The notes below the pieces were generated by a model that saw only the letters and a program-made list of their open reading frames with translations, ran no database searches and was not told the DNA's origin. The position numbers and the translations under genes are program-made. Shown here one piece after another: positions 13,301 to 24,018 of a stretch of DNA of 64,000 nucleotides. Each line of letters opens with the position of its first letter. Position 1 is the first letter of the stretch. Source of the stretch: Euglena gracilis (Eukaryota); NCBI GenBank assembly GCA_039621445.1, contig CP154954.1, forward strand, positions 13,262,716-13,326,715. The letters run 5' to 3'.

Positions 13301-14500
13301 GTCTGCGACCTCCTCCAGGCTGTATTCAATGACCCTCTGGAAAATTGGGACTCCGTTTTTCATCCCCATCACCACTACTTTCCACTGCTTCGTTCCTCTT
13401 GGTGTACTACAGCAGGTGTAGGGTCGGGATTCCTTTCTCATGCGTACCTGATGGAAAGCATCCTTTAGGTCCAACACACTGTACATTGCTCGTTGACCCT
13501 GTTGGACCAAGATGTCTTCGATGCGGGGGAGGGGGTTTGCGTCTGTCACCGTGGCCTCGTTCAGGGCGCTGAAATACACCACCCCCCTCCACTTTCCCCC
13601 TTTCTTGGCCACCACTAACGTGGGGCTGGACCAGTCACTTCTCCCATCCTCCACCTTTTCATCCCTGACCCACTCGTCGACCATGTCCAGGAGTGCCTGT
13701 CGGCGTTCTCCGGTCATGTGGATGGGTCTTTGTTTTTTTGCCACCGTCCCAGGTTTGAGTTCTATTTTCCCGAAACCCAGTGGACCCCGTTCAGGGGGGT
13801 TTGGGTAGATCTTGTCCCTCAACACCACTCCCTCGTAGTCTTTACGCAGCTTTGCGACCAAATCTGTCACCCTGTCTCCCTCCACAGCCTGCCCTTCAGG
13901 TACGGCTATCACCCCCTGGACCCCCTGTGGGGCTTTGCGTTTTCTGGTTACCAGATGCTGGGCCAGATTTTCCAAAACTGTTTCGTCTTCAAACAAAAAT
14001 TCTTCCGTTTCACCTGCTTCTGCAGGCACCTGCAGGTTCATGGCCCGCACCTTGCTGATTTTCTTCAACATTTTTCTGTCACCCTGTTCCCGTTCTCTTA
14101 CTCCTTTCCAACTTGTCAGCAGGAGCAATGGTTCCCCTATCAGGGCCAGTGAATGTAGGTGTGGAAAAACCCCTAAGTGGTGTTGCTCCATCCAGGGATA
14201 CCCCAAAATGGCATCCACCTGGATTGCCGCGTCGTGGAAGGTCCCCGTGGTTGTCCATTCCCTTGTGTTGTCTTGGTTGAAAATCTGGGCCGTGAATTTC
14301 AGTGTTAGTGTCGTTTCATGCAACCCTCCCCCCATCCGTGTGCCGTCGGCAGTGACGAGGGCCAAGGGGTGGTTTGACACCGTGAAGGCTCCTGGGGGTA
14401 GGAGGTCTTTTCTGATCAGGTTGGTTTGGGCCCCTGTGTCCACGAGGGCCTTCAGGTCCACCGTTTCACCATTCGGGCAGACCGCACGAATGCCAATCAG
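10368..14500 (-). pseudogene. pol: Pol of element B: aspartic protease, reverse transcriptase, RNase H, integrase, chromodomain
   Basis: ALVDTGA; LDLKDAFHQV and PYVDDII; RVDASG and VAFCSRKL; HHEAAGH...CETC; SSDRGPQF and ANGRAE; EVERVLNHR...FLVRWKGFGPEADKWEP. Frameshifts near 12135 and 11585. Confidence 0.95.
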
Positions 14501-14649
14501 AAGTTGCTTGGACTTCCCCCGTTTCACCACCTGTCCCAACAGTCGTTCCGATGCTGGCCCAAGCAACCGTTTTGGCAGGTGAACTTTTTCATGGTGCCTC
14601 CGTGGGATTTTTGGCTGTGCCGCAGGCTCTTGTGTGTTTTGTTCATCTT

Positions 14650-15238
14650 TCCAACCAGCCAAATCTTGGATCAGTTTCTCTGGAATTCGATACTTTTTGT
14701 TTCTGGAAATACTCGTCGTGTTTGAGATTTTCACCCGGTGACCCTTCTATCCTGGCATCAGGTTGGGACATGTTCTCCCATCACACAGCTTTCCCTGTAT
14801 TTGCAGGATATCTGGGCTGCCCCAGATTCGTGTTGGCTTTTTGTGCCCCCAGTCGGAGTATTGACAATAATCCACATCAACAAATGGATATGGTTTCATG
14901 TACTCCCTGTGTCTGAGGTACCCGTGTCTGGTATTTTCCCGCCACCATTTCTGCGGTCGCAGGAATTTCACGATCTCCAGTGCCTTTTTGGCCAATGCGT
15001 CCCCCTTCTCCAGTTGTCTTGGTCTGGTTGTGAGTGCCAGGCTGAATTCCGTACAGGGAACTCCACAGACCACCGTGTGGAATTCCCCATGTTTCAAAAC
15101 TTTTTGGTAGTCCTATGTCAAGACATCCACCTGAAAATATGCCTGCCACTTGGGGTCCAGGTCCACTGTCACCACCTGAAACCCCATTTTTTTGTATGCT
15201 TGGCCCACCGACTTGGTACCACAGAAAAGGTCCAGCAT
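14650..15238 (-). pseudogene. C5-cytosine DNA methyltransferase domain in element B polyprotein
   Basis: Manual translation gives MLDLFCGTKSVG (motif I), VVTVD (II), GVPCTEFS (IV, catalytic PC), WWRENT (VI), VDYCQYSDWGHKKPTRIW (VIII-like) and KYRIPEKLIQDL (X-like). In-frame TAG at 15113-15115 and 14747-14749. Confidence 0.92.
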
Positions 15239-15439
15239 TTTCCGTTTCGGTTCTGCTGCACGGTCCAAAACGTTTTTTCACGGCAGGTCTGTTTTCCCCA
15301 GTGGCTGGTGTTCATCACCCCCCTCCTCTGTCTCCAAAGGTGGAACATGTTGCACCGTCCCGAAGTTGACCTTGGACGTTGAGTGTGGGGGGGTCATGTG
15401 CTGGTGGAAGCCCGTCAGGTAATCACAGCGTTCCGTGTG

Positions 15440-15850
15440 TCCACACACCAGCAGCACCTCCACTGGCCACTGTGTTTCCCTGCAACCCTTGTCGATCCTG
15501 CCAAAAAAATTGGTTTTTGCGGGAAAAGTCATGGACATGAGGGTCAGTTTTCTGGCCTGTGGGTACCAAACTCGGTGTTTCCACTGAGGCACCACCAAAA
15601 CTGCGTGGGCCTGGTCTGTCTGAATTTTTTTGATCACCTGTGGGATTTTGTCGAACGGGGGGTTGATCCACAGGAGGCTGCCCTGCCAATTTTCTTGGAA
15701 GGCATCTGTGCCGTGTGGGCTGCCTGGTCCCCACCAACGCGGGAACCGCTTGTCCTGTTCTGTGGCGAAGGCATCCACCTGTGGTTGCAAACCGACATGT
15801 GAGATGATCTTTTTCACAAAACTGTCCTGCACATAGTACTGGTTGGTGAT
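15440..15850 (-). CDS. Dam-like amino (N6-adenine-type) DNA methyltransferase domain in element B polyprotein
   Basis: Within ORF 15278..16069: VDAFAT (SAM-binding motif I variant), TDAFQENW, WINPPF (catalytic motif IV), AVLVVPQW. Same frame as Gag, C5 MTase and PR. Confidence 0.88.
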
Positions 15851-16081
15851 CCAACGGGAGGCTGCCCGCCCAAATCTGCAGCAAGCCTCCTCCCGTGGCA
15901 CCTGAGTCTTTGTGTTTTGTCTTTGTCTGTTTTGTGCTTTCTGGTCTTCTGAACCCCTGGCTCCCTTACCTCCCTCCGTTCGCTGTTTCTGCTGCGGTAA
16001 TGGCTCCTTTCTGTCCCCCTGTTCGGTTTGTTTTCTCAGAGAGTCGCCCCTCTCGTCCCCTCCCTCCATACCGCAGCTGCT

Positions 16082-19000
16082 TCACTTCTGCCCCTGGGCA
16101 GCAACCTGCTGTCCAGTCTGTGGTGCTGCTGTTTTCTGTGTCCACCGCGGTGGCTGTGGACACTCCCGTTTGAAATGTCCCGGCTGTTCACAGTTGTAAC
16201 ACCGTCCGTCATCTGGAGGTGGCCCGTACCTGGGCTGTCCGGCTGTCCCGGAGTTCTGTGTCGACTGCCAGGACGGTTGTCCTTTTCCTGAATTTCCCTT
16301 CCCGCTCCCCTTCCCAGACCCTTTTCCCTTGCCTTGGTCAGGTTGCGAACCCTGTCCCTTGCCTTTTCCTTTCCCCTTGCTGTAATCCACAGTGGTCCAG
16401 CCTGCCCAGCTTTGGCCCTGATTTTGACTCTGTCCCTGATTGTAGGGGGCTGGGGGCTGGGGTTGTGGGGCACCCGAAGGCTGCCTTTCATTTTCCGGAG
16501 TCGGTGGTCTGGGTTTTCGGGAATTGGAACGGGACCGGGCAGGTGGGGGCGTTTTGCTTCTGGGTCGAGAAGAATTGTTTTCTTTCACCTCCCGGACATA
16601 CCCCCTTTTGTCACTGGATCTTGATCGATGTTCCCGTGGCTGGTTCTGCCACCCCCCGAAATTTTTTCCGAACGTTTCAGATTGTTCCTGACATCTCAGT
16701 TCTGTTTCCACCTTTGCAAACATCTCCTCCAGGGACAGCTTTGTTTGTACCACTGTGAATCTGGGTTGGTGTCCTGAGGCCAGGGCTGTGCCGTTCTTCA
16801 TCATCAGCAGCTGGGACGCCCTGCTGCCGTTCAGGCTGATGATGAAATCAGTTCCGTCGGTTGTCACGAGGAACCTTTCGTCAGCCCCAAGTGTGGCTGC
16901 CACCAGTCTTGTTACGTCTTCCCTGGTTGCGTCTGAGACCCCAGGTACGTTTGTCAGCCCCTTCCATTTCAGAGTGGGTCTGTCTTGGTTACTCCTGTCT
17001 TGTTCACGAATGCAGTTTCTGCGCATCATTTCGGGCATCCGTTCAGCGACCAATGCATACGCATCGTCTGTGGAGGGGTGTTCCAACCGACTGTAGAGCA
17101 GTTTGAAGCGTGCTTCAAACTCCCTCCATGCCCCCAGAGTCAGTTTTCCATCGTACCTGGGTTTCAGGTTTTTCAGCTCCTCCTTTATTGCCAGCTGGGT
17201 GTCCCCTTCGTACTTTTGGCAGAGCCAATTCCAAAATTCCTGATACCTGATTTTTTCCCCCCGTTCTTGTCGTCGCTGGAGCTCCAGCCGGCCCGTCTCG
17301 TCTAGGCTTCCCTCCAAAATTGTTAGTTTCATGTCATCTGTGAGGGGTCCCTGTCCAGCTGACAATCGGTTCAGGTAGATGGGAAATTTCACAGAAAAAT
17401 CTGCAAAATTTCCTTGGACGAGCGGTCTGACCAGGTCTTTTGTCATGGCTGCACCCACTGGTCCCATCATCAGCCCAATGGAGGGGGCAGCCTGTGCTGC
17501 CACTGGGGCGACAACCGTTTCTGCCCCCACATGAAAAATGGGTGTGTATGTGCTGCCGAATTGGGGACCTGCTGTGTTTTGTGGCCCTTGGTTTTCTTCT
17601 GTCACCCATGTGAACAGATCCCGCGTTCGTGGCTGTGAGATCTGGCTGGGACCTGTGTTTTCCCGTTGCTGACCCTGCTGTTGCATCATGTTTTTGATTT
17701 CCAACAGTTCCCTCTCCAGTCGCTGCTGGTGTTCCAGCATTGGGTCTGTCGGTTTCGGTCGAGGTTGAAAAGGTTGGGCGTCGGCTGAAAGTTCAAACAC
17801 AGGTTGGGGTTTGGGGGGTTGGGTCTTTGACACGGGGGAGTCCTGTCGGATTGAAAGTTTTTTAAATTCTTCTTGTACCGTTTGCACCATTAGGGTTTTT
17901 AGGTCAGGGAGGTCCCAACCCACACCTGGCACAGGTTCTCGGGGTCCTCGGGTCCCCTCCCGGAGCTGTCCTGGGGGTCCTCGGGTCCCCTCCCTGGGCT
18001 GTGTTAGGGGGCTTTGGGGCCCCCAGCCCCCCGTTGGGGTCACTGGCTGTGGGGCCGAGGCTGCTGGCTGTGGGGCTGGGGCCGCTGGCTGGGGTCCCCC
18101 CAACCCCATCAGTTCTGCCCAAGCCTCCGGCTGGGGCCCAGATGCCAGCCCCTGCCCCGTGCTGGCTGTGGCTGGGCCTGGGCTTCGCTGCCTTGCTGCA
18201 GCAGTTGGCTGGGGTTCTTGGGTTTGCCCCTTCCCGCTTGGCGGTTCTGTTGTCCGTCTGGACAACTGCCCCACTGGCCCAGGGGCTGGGGTTTCTGGGG
18301 TTTTCCCCATCCCCTGTTGCCGCCGGTCGCTGAGAGAGCTAGAGGCTGCTGAGAAAGAATAAGATTGAGATTTTTCAAAACTTTCTTTTGTCTTTTGTGT
18401 CAGTTCAGTCAATTCATTTAATCTTTTTTCGGTGGCCTCCCATTTCGTTTGCCACAGTTGGTTCTGACTGTGGAACTCGGCAGTCAGCGATCTACACTGC
18501 TGCTGCCAAATTCCAGAGTCTTGCGCTTCTTTCAGTGTTGTTCGTGTAGTGAGGTCTGTCAGCTGTGCCTCCAACCGTCCCACCTTGTTTACCATCTGTC
18601 CCAGTGTGGATGACATGTCGATCAACCTGGCCTGGTCACTGGCTTCCTGCGACCCAATCTTGAAAACCCCCTTTTGCAATTCGCCCAGTACCCTCCTGAA
18701 TGTCTGGGCCGATTCCTCCACCTTGTGTCCCAGCCCGGTCATTTCCTGGTTCAGGCGGGCAAATCTTCTTTTGTTGTCGTCGTTTGAGGCCAGGGTGTCC
18801 AGACGTCTGGTCAAAATGGCCATTTCCTGTGAAAGCTTAGTCATCCGCTGTTCCAATGTTTGATCCTGTTGTCCCTCCGACAGTTGTTCCACCCTTGCGT
18901 TCAGCCCTTTCATTGCCTTGGTAAAATGTTCTTGTGTTTGTTGAACCCTGTGGTTCAGTTCCTTCAGCGTCTCGTCACAGTTGCCTGCCAGTGTCCCTAC

Positions 19001-20305
19001 CTGGCGTTCTGTCTCTGCCTCCCGTGATTTCACCTCCCGTTGACTTTCAGCCAACCCAGCCATTGTCTGTTCGACCCGCTGCATCCGCATCTGCAATTAT
19101 TGAAGCACCTGCTCGTTTTGTTTCTGCTGGCCGAGTAATCCTATGAGGTGTTGCCCCTGGGTCTGTGTGCTTCCCCCTGCCACTTGCAGCAAACCCTGGA
19201 ACCAGTTAGTTTTTTCGTCCAGCAGCCCAGCCATCACCTTCAGGTCCCGAATCTGTTGTCCCAGGTTCTCAAAGTGTCCCTGGTACAGTCTGTTTTGATT
19301 CGTCACCATCCCCTCCAAGTTTTCAGTTACCGTGGCCAGGTTTGTGGACAGCTCTTCATATCCGCCGTCTGTTCGCCACACCAACCCTTCTGTCCGTTCC
19401 CCCTGTGTAATCAGCTGCTGTTCCAAGCGTGTAAACTGTAGTTCTGTGGTGTTTTGAAGTCGTTGTATCACCTCTGTGGTTTTCTGGTTCACAAACTCAG
19501 TGGCTCGCCTGAAAGTTTGCAATTCCTGCTGGAATTCCGTCATGTTCTGTACGAAACTGGACCACCAGTTTGTGTCGGCGAACCAGTCGTAATGTTCTGG
19601 TCCGCCTCAGATTCCTCCACCCCTGCACCGTTGACCTGGAAGTGGTCTTCGTTCGGGCTCTGTCTGTCTTGCCGCTTCCAGGCTCAACAGTTGGTTCTGA
19701 GTGTCTGTGCTGGGTTCTGGGTGGAATGTGAGCTGCAGTGGCTGTGTTTCCTGGTAGATGTCTCCCAGTTCGTCGTCTTCGGCGTCCGTGAACTGTGTCG
19801 TCCCTGTTTCCTCCTGAGTCCTGGGGTTCTGTTCCCCATCTTGTTCCATTTCAACCATCGCAATTGTCATCTGCGACAATTGTGCAATGTCAACGTCGCA
19901 CCCCAGGGTCCTGGCCATGTCTGTGGTCGTTTCTGTGTCGTATTCCCATTGTTCAGGTTCCTGGTTCCATTGCAAGTTTTCTGGGGCGGTCATTGTGAAT
20001 TCTGTCATTGTGATTCCTGTTGCTGGGGCATTGAAATGGACATCTGTCTCTGAACCAGCCGACCTAGCGACGGCTGATGAGACAGATTCCTGTGGTTCTG
20101 TGGTATTTTCCTGTTGTTCAGTCCAGCCGCCTTCGGGGGAACTGAAAATGGGCAAAAACCCTCTGCTACCATTTGTACGGGATAACCCCCTTTGCTGCTC
20201 CGCTTGTTCCAGGTCCGTGGGGTTTCCCTGTCCCCGCGTAGGATCGATTACCCTGCCCAGTTGAATTTCAATTCCCCGCGCGGCCTTTGTTAAAAATTGT
20301 TTCAT
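16082..20305 (-). pseudogene. gag: Gag of element B with long acidic/coiled-coil N-terminal extension, GKG repeats and CCHC zinc knuckle
   Basis: ORFs 19607..20305, 19097..19543 and 16082..19096 share one frame. CYNCEQPGHFKREC knuckle; capsid-like region (GKLTLGAWREFEARFK) resembles the Gag of element C. Confidence 0.85.
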
Positions 20306-20580
20306 TTTCTTGTGTTAAAAGACCTTTTTCCTTTTTGGGGTTGGTGTGGGGTGGGTCCTTGGGGGGGTCACAAATCGGGCATAAAACACCTGTAGGTCTT
20401 GCTCAAAGCAGCGAAATGCTTTCAAATTGGTGGTCGTGGTCAGTGAAGGTCTTCGGTGCCGGCGAACTGGCGCTTCTTAGGCACACCAGCAGCAACAACT
20501 CCTGCTTCAGACTTCACTTCAGATCACAGGACCAATGCTTGAACAGATAATCAACTTCCACTTCCAATGAAATCTTGACA

Positions 20581-20877
20581 AACTTGAATTGGCTTGAAAC
20601 TTGAACCAAATAGGCCAATGGCAAATAGATAATCAGATTGAGCAAGGACAGAGTAGTGACAGAGCCCTGTGGAACATGTTGTAAAATCGTGGTTAAAATC
20701 TGGTCAGAGGTTAAAATTCAGTTAGGAGGGGATTATCCTAATTGTTTCACCATTGAAACTGTAGGCCCCTGGTTGGGTCAAGTCCCCTGGTTAGTTCTGT
20801 GGGCGCCTGGGTTAGCTTTTAAGGTTAGCGCCTGAGGTTAGCTAACTTACCCGGGCACTCAGCACCCCTGACTCACA
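20581..20877 (-). repeat. 5' LTR of element B (portion shared with the truncated 3' LTR; true inner boundary may lie up to ~45 bp further left)
   Basis: Repeat of 8146-8442. Host ORF sequence resumes at 20878. Confidence 0.9.
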
Positions 20878-23231
20878 ACCGGTGGGTGGGGACGAGGAAC
20901 TCCCTCAGGAAGGCGAGAACGTGAAGGATATCCTCTACGCTGCTCTACCTGCACCGGCACAGCCTCGGCCAGACGAAGCACCCACTGAGGATATACCTGT
21001 GACTGCAACGCCTGTCCCGACGGCTGAGCCTCAACCCGAGGTGACTGGTATGGTCGTCGAGGATATCCTCGAAGAACCTACCAGCCCCGCAGCACGCACC
21101 TCATTAGGAGGCCGCGTGCTCGGCGCCGTAGTCACCGGCATTACTGCCGTGGCTGCTGCACTAACGCCACGAGGTGGATGCGTAGCATCAAGCTCCGCCG
21201 CTGAGGTCGTGGAGATGCCGGATGTCGGCGTCCCTGCACCCCCATCTCCGGCAGAAGTGCAACCACCGTTAGGGGATGAACCCCTGCCGACAGAGACATC
21301 TGTCGCACCGGCTACAACGGAGGTTCAACCTCCCGTAGCACCTGCGCCAGCGGTTGTGGAGGATCAACCTCCTCGACCGGATGTCGAAATGGAAGTGAAG
21401 GAGATACCCCCACGACCACCGACACCGCGCAGGATCCCTGCCGTCCCGAGGACAATGGCAGAGTTTATGGGAGTGTCAGCGCCTGTGGAAGCACCGATTC
21501 CGGTGACGACCACAGCACCACGCCCCGTCGGGCAGGATGACCCTGCTCGGCGCAGGGCGGCTGAACAACCCCAGGAACGAGTGCCGACCCCTCGGAGCGT
21601 CATGCGCGATCCAGCGGTCATTATGCCTGCTTCGCCCAGACGGCAAACGTCTGCTCCGGCACCATCGGCTCCTGATACCAGGAGTAAGCTACAGGCGTCG
21701 CCTCCTGATTCCGGGAGAGCGAAGCCGAAAGGAGGCAAACCGGGTGCTGTACCCTGTAAGCCCCCTGCCAAAGGCAGTGATGGGAAACCACCACCGAAAG
21801 GTAGCGCTGGAGGTCAGACTGGCGGACAGTCGAAAGGCCCTACGACAATGCACGACTATTCGGCCGTTACATCGTCCGGGTACGGCAAGAGCAAACCGAA
21901 AGGTAAGGCTCGTGGTCGACAGGCCCAATCTTCCGCCGGATCGACGGATGAGGAGCAGGATGAACCTTCTTCATCTCCCGTGTCTGCGGATGCCCAGCTC
22001 TGGACTCAGGATATCCTGACCAGACTAGGCACCGTGGAAGAGAGGACGAAGAAACTGGCTGCTATTAGGCACCAGAAAGGGTCACATAATCGATGGATTC
22101 AGCCCCTCTTCGTCCGAGGAGAACCTTTCCACTATGTCCCGGAACATACCTGGACATTCTGGAACAGGCGCTCACCCAGAGTACTGGCACAGTACTTTGG
22201 CGAGGATTGTGTGTTAGATTTCCAGCACGGCACGTCCTTTACCTGGACGTGCACCGTGTGCCACCATCTGCGGCACTACCAACCGCTTGTGTATGTGTGC
22301 AAGCGGCAGGTGCAATCCACGACGTTCCATCACAGGGCATATGTGCCGAACTGTGTGGCGCTCGTATGTGGCGAGTGCCTGAACGCCTGGAAGCACAGCT
22401 TGAACTACTCCTACAGTGAGAATGCTCACGACAGGGATATCCCTGCCTTGTGCATCAACTGTACAGGGGCCAAGTTCGTGCAGACTGCTGATGGAGCAGT
22501 CACCACCATTGTCCCCCAGCACTTGGAGACACTGGAGAAGTGGAAGAAGGAGTACAAGCAGGTGGAAGGCCGCCTGAACCACTCCGACTTCCGAAAGGTA
22601 GAAAGCTACCGCCACACGGGAATGGCCCGTGAGTTCCAGATCGACGCTGGGGCAATGCGCCTCGCCGTCGAGGAACACGCCAAGGTAAGAATGCCTTACC
22701 TCTGGACCGATGGCGACTGGGAGACACAGGTTTACCCCCTGTTCTCCAAGCGTCAGCACGGCGGATACGCCTTGCCACTGTGGCCTCCTGAAGAACACGA
22801 TTTTAGTGGACTTCAGAGGTTGGTTGGCGGCTGTATTACGGCCCCATACTGCAAGAGCTCGGACAGCGAAGTGGATGTATGACATCAACTTCAAGCAGAC
22901 CCCGGGGATGCCCCCGCAGGTGTCTGCGAATCACCCCCGGATGAATTACATCATCTGGCCGGTGATGCTGCCCAGAATTTTCTGGGAACAGCTCCAACGG
23001 TACCTTCAGCACATTGCTGACCGTACCAGGGAGAAGCTGCCGGACAGTTGGATCAATGACTTGGAGACCCCATCCTTTGATGTCAAAGATCCGGAGCACA
23101 ACACCATCCGGAGCGAATAAGCTCCGCAGCGTTCCCCACGCCAACTGGAGTTGGTTGAGGACCCATTAGGGGACCCTCAACACGACTATTGGCGTGAGGT
23201 GCGCGAACGCCCACCCGATAAAGGCAGGTGA
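20878..23231 (+). pseudogene. Accessory ORF of element A, copy 2, 3' part
   Basis: Near-identical to 1553-3905, with a frameshift near 22801 and premature TAA at 23118-23120. Confidence 0.8.
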
Positions 23232-23271
23232 GGTGGCTGTAAGCGCCAATGCGGCGTCTTTCAGAAACCTC

Positions 23272-23347
23272 GTCAGGTATTTGCCTGACACCCTGTTCGG
23301 GTATTTGCCCGAACACCCCTTCGAAGACCCTTTGCGGTATTCGCCGC
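23272..23347 (+). promoter_or_regulatory. Three tandem hairpins with shared GGT-ATT(T/C)-GCC apex downstream of accessory ORF (two also at 3946-3989)
   Basis: GTCAGGT-ATTT-GCCTGAC, TGTTCGGGT-ATTT-GCCCGAACA and GCGGT-ATTC-GCCGC. Confidence 0.6.
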
Positions 23348-24018
23348 TAGTAAGTTCCCAACGGGATGCTGCCATGTGCAGGATTCCGTGCGCATGCACA
23401 CCCCTCTCCCCTCTCCACTCTCGCGGGCGTGCGACACGCAGCGCACAGGGCCGACGGCCTCTTTTTTTTCTTTCCCTTTTTCTTTCCGGCCGTTTGATGC
23501 CATAAGGCTGCCAGACAGCACCACATTTCTGGCCTAAGCCGACCCCCCACTCCTCTCTACTTTCCCCCCGGGGCAAATGCTGTCCCCGGCAGTTGGTTTT
23601 GTAGAATAGGATTTTTCTTTTGCGTGGTCAGGTTTGACTGGCCAGAGGCCCGCTCCTTCCACACCCTCCCCACGGGTTTTCCTGGAATTCCCATGGACCC
23701 AACCCCAAGTACCTTTGGCACACCCAAACTGGGTGGATGGGTTTGCTTGGCATGTAAACCTGCCAGCCCCATTTTCCCCAGTGGGCTATAATATTCTATA
23801 CACCCATAAGCCACCGCAAAGTAGGTGAAACCATTTTCCGCGTTTTGGGCTTTTTGGGTCCCCCTCTTTCCGCCCCCCCCCTTTTGACCCTGTGCGACGG
23901 AAAGGGCCCCTGTGTATGCGCTAGGGTGAACCTCCCACAGACCAGGTCTGTGTCCGAAATCCCTATGGCCAGAATGCCTGGTCCAAAAGGGAAATCGGGC
24001 ATAGCCCTGGAAGGGGGA

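Larger units (their letters stand above)
8146..20877 (-). mobile_element. Element B: Ty3/Gypsy chromovirus LTR retrotransposon carrying N6-type MTase then C5 DNA MTase
   Basis: Direct repeats 8146-8442 and 20581-20877 (3 mismatches counted in 297 bp), TG start on the minus strand, PPT, and Gag(CCHC)-MTase-MTase-PR-RT-RH-IN-chromo order. It splits the accessory ORF of A. Confidence 0.95.

Noticed and set aside
14650-16069. Bacterial restriction-modification system or contamination
   Set aside because: The MTases are in frame inside Gag-Pol between LTRs in two elements, and no nuclease or prokaryotic gene context is visible.
20525-20580. PBS of element B (minus-strand TGGTCCTGTG or TGGAAGTGG)
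   Set aside because: The LTR inner boundary is undefined because the partner LTR is truncated, and I cannot match either candidate confidently to a tRNA.
1-23340. The 4-kb direct repeat as giant LTRs
   Set aside because: The repeat is coding, lacks TG..CA, PBS and PPT boundaries, and ends in a junction to mid-integrase. A conventional PPT-LTR lies at 24009-24659.
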